A DNA stretch of 64,000 nucleotides from Adineta vaga (lineage: Eukaryota; Animalia; Rotifera): NCBI GenBank assembly GCA_021613535.1, contig CP075494.1, positions 2,666,001-2,730,000 of the forward strand. Reading direction: 5' to 3'. Made by a program: the position numbers and the translations under genes. How positions within the stretch are numbered: position 1 is the stretch's first letter; the number at the start of each line of letters is the position of its first letter. The notes beneath the pieces are model-generated. The model searched no databases and had not been told where the DNA came from. It worked only from the letters and a program-made list of their open reading frames with translations. Of this stretch, positions 38,564-51,165 are shown in pieces.

Positions 38564-39773
38564 ATGTTGCTTACTTTATCTTTCACTTTATTAATCATTT
38601 GTGAATACATCAAGATCGAGGTTAATGGTGCTCGGTGGACACCTGAGAAAGCAAATGCATGGTATGCTGAACAGCCTTGGTATTTTGGAGCCAATTTTGT
38701 ACCTTCATCTTCCGTCAATGTAATTGATATGTGGCGAACCTTTGATACAGTTACTATAGAACGTGAACTTGAATGGGCTTCAAGTATCAATATGAATGTA
38801 ATGCGTGTTTTTCTTCATGTTCTTTTCTATCAACAGGATGCTGCCGGTTATCTTGAAAAGATTAACGATTTTCTTACTATTGCTGATCGATTTAAGATCA
38901 AAGTAATATTTGTTCTCTTCGATGAATGTTGGCGACCTGATCCCAAATTAGGTCCACAGCCGGAACCTATACCAGGTCAGCATAATTCTCAGTGGGTACG
39001 ATGTCCTGGGCAAGCCTTACTTTTGGATCAGAGCAAATGGTTTCTCTTGAAACGGTGCGTAGAAAAAGTATCAGTGAAAAAAACAGCTGATTTGTATTTG
39101 TATTAGATATACGAGAGATATTCTCTCTCATTTTTCCACCGATTCTCGCGTTGTTATATGGGATCTGTACAATGAACCTCAAGGTAGTCACCAAGTACCT
39201 ATCGTTTTACCTCTTCTTCATGAGATTTACTCTGCTGCTATTGCAGCTGATCCCAATCAACCACTTACATTTGGTATTGCTGGTCCATTGAATGAACCAT
39301 TAGCTCAATTTGAATTAGAAACATCCGATATAATTTCTTTTCATAACTATAGTCCCTTGGATAATCTCATGGAACAAGTCACTACATTACGACAGTTCAA
39401 TCGACCACTGATTTGTACTGAATACATGGCTCGAACGATTGGTAGTACCTTTCACACACACACTGTTTATTTTTACAAAGAAAATATCGGTGCTGTCAAC
39501 TGGGGACTTGTAGCTGGTAAAACTCAAACATATTTTCCATGGGGATCACCTGTTAATGCCAGTATTCCACTTGTATGGTTTCATGATATTTTCAATGCAA
39601 GTGGTAAACCTTATTCGATATATGAAGTCCAATTTTTCAAAGATCTCCAACAAACAACTTTACAATCTTTTCTTGCAAAAAATCTAATGAAACTAATAAT
39701 GTTATTATGCTTTGTTTTCTCTATGATCTTTGCTTATTTAACACGAAAATCATTCACAAACAGTATGAAATAA
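38564..39773 (+). CDS. GH5-like glycoside hydrolase (bacterial xylanase/cellulase type) with signal peptide and C-terminal TM; intron 39055-39106
   Basis: RWTPEKANAWY..QPW..GANFVPS, MNVMRVFLH, WDLYNEP (acid/base Glu), SFHNY, CTEYMAR (nucleophile), NWGLVAGKTQT. Confidence 0.9.
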
Positions 39774-39812
39774 ACAGCAGAGAATTTGATGATATAGAAC
39801 TGAATGGATTGA

Positions 39813-39875
39813 CATCTTGAGGGTGTATAGAAACGGATAGTAACTTGGTCACATTTACATGCATACCCTCACCCA
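39813..39875. repeat. Degenerate telomere-repeat palindrome
   Basis: catcttgagggtgta ... cataccctcaccca. Confidence 0.65.
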
Positions 39876-39929
39876 TCGCATTGCTTTTAATAGCTTTCGT
39901 CTATATTTATTTCACAGTGTTACAGGTGC

Positions 39930-39990
39930 CTTGAGGATGGGTGTGAGTTGGTTGTCTCTATCCACAACCGCACCCACACCCACACCCTCA
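39930..39990. repeat. Telomere-repeat palindrome
   Basis: cttgaggatgggtgtgag-ttggttgtctctat-ccacaaccgcacccacacccacaccctca. Confidence 0.85.
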
Positions 39991-40071
39991 GAAACATTAG
40001 AATGAGGATGAGGATTTTGATATGTAAGTAAACTATACTCTCAAAAATCATATGTTTGTTTACAATAAATC

Positions 40072-41848
40072 TCATAATAAAAAATAATTACCATGAGTAT
40101 AATTATAAATAATACAATTTGAACGATTAAATCGAGTTTGTTGTGTTTCTAACCATTCCATTGTTAATTGTTTAGTCATTGATTCTTTTCTTTGTGAAGA
40201 AGTATTTTTCGGAATAAATACAAATAAATAATTTAATGCAAGCATTTCTATTAAAATATAATCCACTGTATTCGAATTTGTTTGAATACCTATTGATAAA
40301 CATTCACATTTATTCTTAAAAATTGACACTAATTGTTCAATTTCATATCTATTTAAACATTCGAATAGATTTTTATATGATTGAAATTTTAGCAAACGAA
40401 TTTTTTCTGATAAATGATTACATATATGAATATCTCGCCAATTATCTGTTAATTTTATTAATTGACTTTTTTTTAATGTCAATGAATACAATCGAGGTGT
40501 ATTATCGAATAAAATTCGAAATTGTTCAATTGAAACACATCCAAATGTATCAATATGAAATTCTTCTAATTTATTTAATATATTTAACCAATATATCGAT
40601 TGAAATTCACTGTTAACTACTAACTTAATTATATTGCATCGATTAAAAGTATTATTTGGTTTTATATTATCTTCTATTGTTAATGTTTTGATATTCTGAT
40701 AAATATTTCTATGATTATCACGTGATGAATTTGAAAATAGATTTTTAAAAGAATTTTTCTGTATTATCAATGCTTCTAAAGGATATGGTAATGTATAAAA
40801 TATCATAGATTTGATATTTCTTTGATGTGTTGGATTAGAACATATATGATAAACGATAAACCATTGTTTTTCTTCGATATAGAATGGTGTAGAATATGAA
40901 ATAATCAATTGTTTTAGATTTTCTGCTGATAATGGATAAAAATGGAATAAAATTGAAAGATTTTTAATGAGGGAAATGATGAATGAATCAAATTTTCCCA
41001 TTGATCACCAAATATTGGTGCTTGTGATGTAATTTGATAAATTTCAAGTTTAATTAATTGAGATAAATCAAGAAGAGAATCGAATATGAAACAATATTCC
41101 ATACTAATCATGAAAGTAAGTTTCAGCTTTTGAATTCCGATTGGCCAGTGAAATTTCGTTTTATTTCCACAATTATGATCAATTGTACATTCAATAGTTT
41201 CGAGTTGAGTGAAATTCTAAACGAAAAATTAATCAATTACATTCACAGCGAATGAAAACTTCGGGATTTCAGGGACTCGAAATGTACGCGGAAAGTTGGA
41301 GTCTGTTGTTTCTATATGAATGTTTATCGCATACCTGAATCCAATCTATAATTATACATGAACGAAAAACAAGCTTTTTAAGTTTTGATAAATTGAATGG
41401 TAAAATATTTTTTCCACATAATGAATCGATTGATAAAGAATGTAAATTAATTAATAATGGAAGTAGAGAAAAAACTAATTTTTGAGTTTTAGTTTGAAGA
41501 TTTCCGATGGTTAATGATTGTAATTGAGAAAAGGATTTTTTAGATAAATAATTTTCAATCATATAATCCACCCAAAATAGGTTTTTGGTTATTATCAAAT
41601 ATTCGTAACGATTTCCATTGATTTGTATTATAGGATTGAAAAATTAAATCACATTTGGATTTTTTCATTGAATTAAAATCAAATCTTTGACAATATTGGA
41701 GAATTAATGATTGAAAACGATGATTTAAATATGAAAATGCAATATTTACATCAATTGAAGTTAAATATGAAAATATTTTAATAAATAATTCATTAAGAAT
41801 ATTTTCTAATATTGTTAAATAATTCTTATTGTTTCTGTTATTTTCCAT
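40072..41848 (-). pseudogene. F-box-like/LRR family gene with two frameshifts
   Basis: N-terminal LENILNELFIKIFSYL..AFSYLNHRF F-box-like motif; frame shifts near 41570 and 40930; intron ~41219-41334. Confidence 0.7.
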
Positions 41849-42521
41849 TTTGTGTTTTTCTCTTCATATGCATGTGTTATTATATTGATAGAGTAATTGC
41901 ATCACTTCAATGTAAAAAAATATGAGTCAGCGAGAAAAGAAAATTTTTATGTAAGGGAATTACGGTGATGGTTGTAAACATTTGTGAACGTATGTTGAGA
42001 AAAAAAAAACAATAGAAATAATGAAGAGCATTTGTCGCAAGTTAAACAAAACAAAATGGGACTACACCACTGTGTTCATGATAGCGGTTGACGTTATTCA
42101 TCGAAAATACATATAGAAATAATATAGACGACATTTTTGTTAGTCTTTCTAAATTCCCTTAATTTTTGTATTAAAAAGATGATTATAGAAAATGGTTAGT
42201 CACGAATAATAAAAGCGACCATAACTTTTCATAGGCCTATTGGGATTTTATTATTTTTTTTTCAGATGATACATTTTTATCAATTGTTTCTATGTTTTTT
42301 ATATGAATAACGTCAATTTATTGAGCGCGGTCGAAACTTTGTACCCATTCTTTAGATTAGTGAAAAAGCAATCTGTTGTCAGCTTTACTTTTTCAAGTTC
42401 ATATGATATTCGAATTTCAATTGAAAGTTTTTGTATTTATTTTTCAAATAAGAAGATTTACAATGAGATTAGACAAATATTGATTTCGAACATCACGATA
42501 GAGAAAGAAAGTAATTGAACT

Positions 42522-43457
42522 TTAAAGAGTAGTTTTCATAGTTTGCAAAGGTGCCGATTGTGTTCCAATTTGATTCATTTTTCTCAAACAAATAGCTGCT
42601 TTTACATTTTGTCTGTATACACTTGACATGATCATGTAGATATAAAATGTTCCAACATATAATATGAAACTGCAAATAACACATGCATTTCTCACAACTG
42701 TTTCTTGTGCTACTCTTAAACTAGATTTAACCATTGATTGAGTAACTTCTGTATAAATACTAAATACAAAATTCGGTGTTGCACCAAGAAATATAACAGT
42801 AAATTCAACTATCATCATAAGATTAACTTGACGATGAAGTTTAGTATGTGAAATATTTCGTGTTGAATAAAGATTATGCCATGTTAATACAGAAAAAGTA
42901 CCTAAAATAACCATTGGAACACTACTACACATAACTAAATTAAAATAATTAAGAAATTGTTTATACATTTCACGATCACTACTCGATGCTGTACATCGAT
43001 ATCCAGAATAATAAATTGCATCAGGAATAAAGATTATAAAATAAATCAAACTAATTATAATTGTAATGATTACAGCTCGTTTGAATGTTATCAAACTTCG
43101 AAGTCGTTCATGACGTGAAGTACTTAAATATCGATCAATACATGATAAACAAAGATATATGTATGACATATAGAAACTCCAACGTCCAAATAACCATCGA
43201 ATTTTACAGTAAACTATGTTGCCAAATAATAGATCAGTACCTGTAATGGCAAGTATACTACGTGGAAAACGAGTTGACCATAAAGATATTAAATTACTGA
43301 GGAAAAGATTCATTAAGAAAATACAATTTGATATTTGACGAAGTTTTTTATGACGAAGAAATACAATGATAATTAGACCGAGTATAACATAACCATCGAG
43401 AAAATTGGCAATTGATTGAAGACGAAGAATTTCTTCTTTATCTGCTGAGCTTGACAT
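42522..43457 (-). CDS. Class A GPCR, intronless
   Basis: CIDRY, YCKIR, ATP in TM6, FYIYMIMSSVYR; TM1 is short and lacks the GN motif. Confidence 0.85.
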   Translation of the reverse strand: MSSSADKEEILRLQSIANFLDGYVILGLIIIVFLRHKKLRQISNCIFLMNLFLSNLISLWSTRFPRSILAITGTDLLFGNIVYCKIRWLFGRWSFYMSYIYLCLSCIDRYLSTSRHERLRSLITFKRAVIITIIISLIYFIIFIPDAIYYSGYRCTASSSDREMYKQFLNYFNLVMCSSVPMVILGTFSVLTWHNLYSTRNISHTKLHRQVNLMMIVEFTVIFLGATPNFVFSIYTEVTQSMVKSSLRVAQETVVRNACVICSFILYVGTFYIYMIMSSVYRQNVKAAICLRKMNQIGTQSAPLQTMKTTL

Positions 43458-44884
43458 TGTATAAGATGAAAATGACGAATTTTAGCTTTCATCTGTTGTT
43501 TCTCGGAGATGTGTTGATGGCATAAATACGTCATTCTTATACTAATGTAGTTTTATTCAAGATTAACATAATATTTTGTGTTATTTCATTATGAAGAATG
43601 ATATCGGATAAACTTTTTTGAAATGTTGTGTGTTAGATACACATCAGAATACGAAATTTATTAATTAAAATAAGATTCAAATGACGTCAAAGCCAGAAGA
43701 TTTTAATTTGAATTAAAATATCAGAATTTTTTTGAAGAATTGTCAAAACCTATGTGCGAAATGAATATTTGGCATATTCGTTGATATACGTCAAAATAAT
43801 TTAATTTGAATTTTGTTGTTTTTCTTTCTAGTTTTCTGTTATTTGATACATAGACTAGAATTCTCGACATGTTAATTTCTACAGGTAGAAACGGAAAGTA
43901 AAAGAATGACCTACGAAAATCTCTTAATATTGATGCTCTAATTGATCATGTGCATGAAATGCCTTGAGTTGAAAACCATGAAAATATGTGTATCCAACGC
44001 AATATGAAGCTTAGTTTTGAGATGTTTCCATAAGATATTACTCAACAAATATGTGCAATATGCAAAAGTTGATCGAAATGCATTAGAACTCTATATTGTC
44101 CTACCTATTCCATTATTCATATACTATATAATCAATACTAATATGTAGATTGTGAATCATCAGCTTGTGAACAGTATCAATATTTCGTTAAGTAATGACG
44201 AATAATGGGCGGGCATTTTGAGGATCTTCTTTCAAACAATCTCATCAATAAAGGAATAGTTAATTCATTATAGATTTTGTGTAGCATTTATGCATAATAA
44301 ACAATGAGTTTATTTATCTGAAAACAGAAGTATTCATAAACACCCTTAAGATTTATAAAACTTTATATTAGTATATTGTAATGGATAACAGGTGTCGCTA
44401 TTAACATGAGAAATAAAATCAGCCAGGATAAAAAATGAGAATACTGTTTCGAGAACTTTTTGGCGACCTTATGTTTATATCGTAGATAAGAACTCCAATG
44501 TACAATTTTGTCTTTTTACTATTTCCGAATAGAAATAGTAGACGAAGATAAATGCGGCTGATCAACTGTAATGACAAGATATTAGAAAAACCATCGTGAT
44601 CGAAAATGCAGATCGACTACATTAGGAAAGGAAAAAAAACATTCGGTCGCAGACACATACTCGTTCTTGACTGTGTCGATACATCCGAGATAGGAACAAA
44701 GTTAGTATGTTAATACGTGAGTTTTGATATTTACATATATGCATATAATAACAAGTAAATATCACGTTCCTTCTGTGTTAAAATCTTTCAAAAAAAGTAA
44801 AATTGATGTCACACATACAACCAATGCACAAATATATTAAATTATATATTTGTTTTTATTTCTTCTTTGTGTTAAAATACTTCA

Positions 44885-45023
44885 AAATACAAAATTATCG
44901 ATCATGTTTATGATGCTGTTGTCATCGGTGTTGGTCTTTCTCCTGCTTATGATTTCTCGTAAACTGGTTTTAAAAGTGCAGTTATAAATAAATTATCTTC
45001 CATATGTAGTCACACTTTCACCT
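44885..45023 (+). pseudogene. SDHA: Fragment of succinate dehydrogenase flavoprotein subunit
   Basis: KYKIIDHVYDAVVIGVG--LSPAYDFS*TGFKSAVINKLSSICSHT aligns by eye to the SDHA N-terminus ([42 protein letters not shown]). Confidence 0.7.
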
Positions 45024-45785
45024 CCTGCTCGAAATCATTGCGTCTAAATTATTCCAAATTTGTTCTGATATCAAGATGGATACTAAAAAACAATATTCCT
45101 CAAACTCACTTGTTTTATTTCGCTTTTTAATTTATGTCCCCATTACTATCACCTCTCTACTCGTAGTTTTTTCAAAGTTCACTAAATGTTTATCAATATC
45201 TAAAGTAGTATATACCACTCATTACATTCTATATTCAACTAGTCAATAGTAATTATTTCAGAGAAGCTCTATTGTCTAACAGGAAGTTTCTAAGAGAAAA
45301 TTTATTTTTCATTCATATAATTTATACGTCGCAAACATCTATTCTGTATGCATATAAGCGTATTTTTTTATAGATTGAAATATTTGGAAGCAGTCTGGTC
45401 TGTATTGTAAATAAAAAGCTGCAACAAACTAATTTTTAAAAAAGAAAAAGAGAAAGATTTATTGAAATTAATGTCCAATTTGTCGTAACAGGAACAAAAA
45501 GTATCTAAAATCTTTCTCTTAATACAGAACGAAAGAAAATTTTATGTCCCACATGTGCTGTCTAGACTCTAGAGAAGAAATCTATTTTTTGTACGGAAAT
45601 TTCTCTCTCTCTCGCTTCTATTTTCATAAACAACTATCAATCCTATCTTTTCTCTCACCAGGTAAAAATATAGATCCAGATAGTAGTTTTTCTATTTTTC
45701 TATATTTCAATCTCAACTAAATTACCTAACCGACTGTCACATATACGTAAATCTATCTTGTCTTACTTAGACAAGAACATTCTCG

Positions 45786-46732
45786 ATGTATAACAAAATA
45801 TATTTGTATAACTTTATCGGTTTCTTCATTGGCATTATTATTGCTTCATGATTCTTATCACGTAGCGAACCACAGAGAATATCAACATCTTCTGATTCTG
45901 TTACTACAATGAGACCAGACATAATTAAGTCAGAAACATCTTCATCCGTCAATTTTTCCATTAATAATGAAAATATACGTGAATTTTACGCCGAATTTTA
46001 CAAGTATTACGAACTGAATAAGGAATGGCTAGTATAATGATATGTTCGTCTGATAATTATTTATTTATTTCTGATTGTAGGATGAAAAAATCGTATCTCG
46101 GAGTTCACTTTTTACAAAATCCAAATGATGCTGTGACAATTGCCGAAATACTTTATGATCAAGATATTGATCTGGTTATCGAAACAGGTTCATATCGAGG
46201 AGCAGCTGCTCTATTCTTTGCTTCAATTATGTATCAATATCGATACAATGCAAGTGAAAAGAGCATTCGTCCATTCAAAATTATCACTATGGATATAAAT
46301 CCTGATGCTAAAACTTACATTAATCGATATCCACTTCTCGCTTCCTACATCACATTCATTCCACATGCGAGTGTTTCTTCAATAGCAAAATCGATTGTTA
46401 ATAATACATTTGTCGAAATGAAGCCTGCAAATGTATTTATATCACTTGATGGTGATCATTATGCTCAAGCTGTCTATGATGAATTAGTTTACTATCAGAA
46501 ATTTATCCCAAATATTGGTAATTATATTCTTGTTCAAGACACTCGTCTATCAAGTAAATGGCATACTCTATATTGTGCTGCATCAAAATTCGATGGACCT
46601 TGTAATGGGCCACAGGAAGGTGTCAATTGGTTTTTAAAAAATGAAGGTCAAGGACGTTTTATCACAGATTGCAACAAAGATTATTTATTTAGTACTCATC
46701 ACAAAGGATGGCTCAAACATATTGCACATTAG
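45786..46732 (+). CDS. CmcI/rhamnosyl O-methyltransferase-like protein with N-terminal TM; in-frame TGA at 45849 (possibly pseudogene)
   Basis: YLGVHFLQNPND, DLVIETGSYRGA, SLDGDH, GNYILVQDT, GP..GV..FL, STHHKGWLK; the upstream exon joins via a probable GC-AG intron 46027-46080. Confidence 0.75.
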
Positions 46733-46920
46733 GAACTCGTTGTTATTATCGTCTAACATACTTTAATCTTGATTTCATCCACATCCTCTCTCTAGAGGTT
46801 TTGTAAAAGATAAAGATCATATTTATGTTCCGTTCAATCATATAGAACTGAAATCTGTTTTAATAAAACAAAAAAAAAAGGTTTTTTTTATAACTCTTTA
46901 TTCAGAGTGACAACTTTTAT

Positions 46921-47439
46921 TTAAAGACCCATTTTAATCAAGAGTTTTTGTCCATTAGGATTGAATAATAAATAACCATTGACTGCACTTCCTGCTATTG
47001 CGACCAAAAAACCTTTAGAAAGAAAAAATATCGGATTTGTAATTGCACCCCAATAATCCATGTGATGATCCAATCGAAAACATAAGATATTACATGAACC
47101 AAATACAATACAACCTAAGATAATGGTACCAAGTATTGCTTTTGTATTAAAATATCGATCAGTAATAAACATGTTTATTAATGTTCCCATTGTTGAACCC
47201 ATTCCAATACCACAGAAAAATAATGTCCATACAATTTTATAGAAAAGATCTTTAGAACCAGAGAAATAAAAAATACCAATCAATAAAAACATGAATTCAG
47301 CACTCATTGATGACATAATGAATAGTTTCATCGGTCGAAGATAATATTGTCGTCGTTTTTGAGCTAAAAATGATGATGATGATGAATTGATTTCATCAGC
47401 ATCAGTTATTAATGGTAATTCCTGTTTAATTCCTTCCAT
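46921..47439 (-). CDS. Uncharacterised 4-TM membrane protein
   Basis: Intronless 172-aa ORF with four hydrophobic segments. Confidence 0.7.
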   Translation of the reverse strand: MEGIKQELPLITDADEINSSSSSFLAQKRRQYYLRPMKLFIMSSMSAEFMFLLIGIFYFSGSKDLFYKIVWTLFFCGIGMGSTMGTLINMFITDRYFNTKAILGTIILGCIVFGSCNILCFRLDHHMDYWGAITNPIFFLSKGFLVAIAGSAVNGYLLFNPNGQKLLIKMGL

Positions 47440-47717
47440 AAAGTTAGAGTTTATTACAATACGTATACTGTAAGATTAAATACGAAATAAATGTACATAC
47501 CAAGACACAATGAAATACCAATCATTATAACAGATATCATATCCTCTCATAGAAAAGTCAGAGAAATGTATATATAATATATTTTAATAGATGTCTCTAT
47601 CATATCATATCAAATGAACAGATAAGTTTGCTTTATTCTTTATTTCGTAATATTATATGCCAGTAGGGAATATTTTATTTTAAAAAATCGTCTTGACAAT
47701 ATTCGTCATGTATAAGT

Positions 47718-48191
47718 TTATTTGTCAATGAGTGGTTGTTGTAATGGTTTGATAAGGAAATGAGCAAGTAATCCAAATGGAATACCGATTAATGTACCTT
47801 TACCAGCAGATAATGGACTCATTTTTTTATGGTAATCCAATAAAGAAGACCTGTTAAACCACCAGCAATTGAAGATATAAATGTAAATTTATCGACTCGA
47901 TTTTGAGTTTGTGAATGACGAAGACGATATGCTCGATCCCATATTTTATATTCATTAAAGCAACACTTAAAATAACACCATAGCTCCAGCACCATAAATT
48001 GTTGCCGTTCCTACACGACTAAGAATTGGAATAAATGAAGGATTCTTCTTTGATTTATATAATTGATAGGATAATACTGTTATTAATGTGACTGTAGATC
48101 CTAATTGAAAACCTTTGTAAATACAATGTAAAGTTAATTCACATGATAAATGAGGAATTAAAGTCCGTCGTTCATCGTCTAAGTCACTCAT
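47718..48191 (-). pseudogene. Small membrane protein gene with frameshift(s)
   Basis: MSDLDDERRTLIPH..KGFQLG..IYGAG continues in another frame as WDRAYRLRHSQTQNRVDKF..IAGG. Confidence 0.55.
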
Positions 48192-48416
48192 TGTGTTGAA
48201 AATTAGCAAACAATGTCAATCGACTTTCTCTACTGCTTTTTATTCATCCCTTTGGAATTGTTAATTGGAGAACAAATTACACCGATAATTATTTTTCTTA
48301 TGAAAACAAGATTTTATTAGTTTGTATGTATGTGACATCTGTTGGATACGGAAAGCAATAAGTAAAGAAAAAATGTAAATAACTGAGTTCAAATGACGTT
48401 AATCATATGATAATAA

Positions 48417-48457
48417 TAGGGTGTGGGTGAGAGAAGAAGAGATACACCCACATCCTT
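48417..48457. repeat. Telomere-repeat palindrome, GAGAAGAAGAGAT spacer
   Basis: tagggtgtgggtg-agagaagaagagat-acacccacatcct; spacer identical to the 26954 copy. Confidence 0.9.
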
Positions 48458-48625
48458 TAAAATAATTAGTTGTTATTCAAAAGTTTCTCTTGTTTTATAT
48501 TGCAAAATTAAATAAACAGGCACTATCATCGAAGGGGTGGGAATTTTCTCTTCTCTACGAGAAAAAAAATAAAAAAGATTGTTCTTTGATCAGTCTATTT
48601 GATAAATTGACAAAATGTTGTGTTA

Positions 48626-51165
48626 TTACTGCAAACATAATGCCAGTTCACCAATTTCCACAGAATTTGAACTGCTAGAATTATCATACTTATTTGTAAC
48701 AAGTATGCGATAGCTAGCATAACTAATATTATTATATGTCAGTTGATAGGTACCATATGTGCTAACTGAATTGACCACTCCTAGTAATCCAGTCGGTACA
48801 TTGTTACTGATCGATGTCCAACTTGAGCCAACTGTTAAACTTCCAGAATTGCTACCCTCGATGCTCACTGTCAGTGGTACACGATGTTGACCGTCAGTGC
48901 CAGTAGCAAACTGATATCCGATTAAAACTTTCGAACCTTGTGGAAGAGTGAAATAGAAACCTGTATTGGATCCTTGTCCAGTTGATACTGATTGATCGCC
49001 AAACTGTAACAACTTGGTGGATGAATTACCGTCAAACACATTGGCTGGTCCTTCATTTGTTGGATAACTACCAGTGGCAGTAGCGTTATAGGTCGATGTG
49101 CTATTTCCACCAGCATACGTCTTCCAAACAGGATTAACAGTCATATTGTTCAATGATCCGTTTGTGCAATCTATGAAAAAAACATTTCTTGGAAACAATA
49201 TCAAAAAGTGATATGTTATTAAAATGGTAGAATTACCGCAATATGTTAGCAATCGCGCGTGTTCCCTTTTTTGTTTCTTTTTCTCACTTTCCGCAGTGAT
49301 AATCTCAGCAGAAATATCCGCATAACTGGAATTTTAATTGGTTACAGAGAGCGAACATCAAAAACTTTTATTTTTAACCAGGAAACAGATTTGCAAAGTC
49401 AAATCACAAAACCGAGTTTTCTCTACTACCTCACGATCATACTCACTACTATACCAAGTGAAAGTGTTCAAACACAAACTTACTGTCTTGAAAACATAGT
49501 TCCATTTCACCAATTTCTACACAATTTGAACTACTTGATGTAGTATATTTACCAGTAACAAGTATGCGGTAACTGGAATAAGCAATGGTATTATTTATCG
49601 GTAGATACGTGCCATAAGTACTACTTGAGCCTGAAACTCCCAACAATCCAGTCGATGCATTATTACTAATAACTGTCCAGCTTGAACCAACTGTTAAGCT
49701 TCCAGAATTGCTACCCTCGATGCTCACTGTCAAGGGTACACGATGTTGACCGCCAGTGGCAGTAGCAAATCGATATCCAACTAGGACTTTTGAACCTTGT
49801 GGAAGAGTGAAATAGAAACCTGTGTTGAGTCCTTGTCCAGTTGATACTGATTGATCACCAAACTGTAATAACTTGTTGGATGGGCTACCATCAAACACAT
49901 TGGCTGGTCCTTCACTTGATGGACTACTTTGTGTAAAACTACTCATGGAAGGTGTGCTACTTCCACCGATATTCGTATTCCAAATAGGATAGACAGTCAT
50001 ATTATTTAGAGATCCATTAGTAAAATCTACAGAAAGAAAACATATATACGTTATAGACTCTTTTAATATCCAACTTATAGTAAGTTCAATTACTCGTAAA
50101 AGCTATTATTTTAGTATTGGAATGCTCAAATTCGATCTGCTATAAAAGATGTTCTGCAAAAAATCTATATCACTTACTACAAGAAGTATTGATGAAGTTA
50201 AACTTTTGTATTCGATTATTGCCTTGATCACTAACAAATAAATTACCATAACTATCAAAACTAATTGCCCATGGATTAAATAATTCATAAGATGATGAAC
50301 CTTGTGAATTAGTACATCCAACTAAACATCTAAAACCATTAGAATCTGATCCAACAATTCGATGATTACCATGATCTACGATATACAAATATTTATTTCC
50401 ATCTAAAATTAAACCTGTAGGACATTTCAATGATATTGTTATATTGATTGAAGTATTGCCAACTACAGTTATTCCAGTTAGTTTTTCTGATGGAAATAAT
50501 TGCACTCGATTATTTCCGCAATCAGCAACATATAAATCTAAGTTTGAATCATCGATAAATATTCCATAAGGTTTGCGAAGTGTTGTTGAGGTTGAACCAG
50601 CAGAACCTGTTCCAGCAACAATTGTTAAATAAGCATAATCATTTGTTGACAAAGATTGTGCAATAATTTGATGACGATCGGTTAATGAACAATAAAGTGT
50701 ATTATGAATATCAACAAATAAATCCGAACATTGTTGACATAATTTCATTTTTGATATTGAAATGATTGAATAACTTGATGTTATTCGAGTAACACCACCA
50801 ATCGAATGAAATGTATCAACATATATTTCATCAGATGTTGTCACAAAAATACTTGATGAATTCGATAAATTCATAGAAATATTTTTTGTTGATGCTATAT
50901 TTTCTTTGTAAAATAGAATAATTTCTCCAGTATTTTGATTGGGCACATAGATTGTATTATTTTTATCAATGAAAATATCAAATGGATTTGAACCCGTGAT
51001 ATTAATACCAGCAATAGTTGTTGCATTTGGATGCCATGAATTCGTAGGGAGCTTTGGTTGATTATAAGAAAGACCTGAAAGAGAAGAGATAAGAAGAAAA
51101 CTATGTAATTATTTACCTGATAGTGTTCTAATAATCAACAATAATATCGATAAATTGAATAACAT
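48626..51165 (-). CDS. Secreted NHL-repeat protein with two tandem galactose-binding-like (F5/8-like) domains, 4 exons
   Basis: Signal-peptide exon; NHL repeats (LYVADCGNNRVQ, LYIVDHGNHRIV, LFVSDQGNNRIQ); two paralogous exons EGPANVFDG...YRILVT...VEIGE. Confidence 0.85.

Noticed and set aside
25224-45851. TGA read as Trp (alternative genetic code), suggested by two in-frame TGAs
   Set aside because: Several genes end at TGA (24011, 30987, 37977) and Trp is encoded by TGG throughout; TGG>TGA mutation is simpler.
35541-47439. Bacterial contamination or an operon of foreign genes
   Set aside because: Foreign-type genes are interleaved with GPCRs, share host base composition, and some carry spliceosomal introns.
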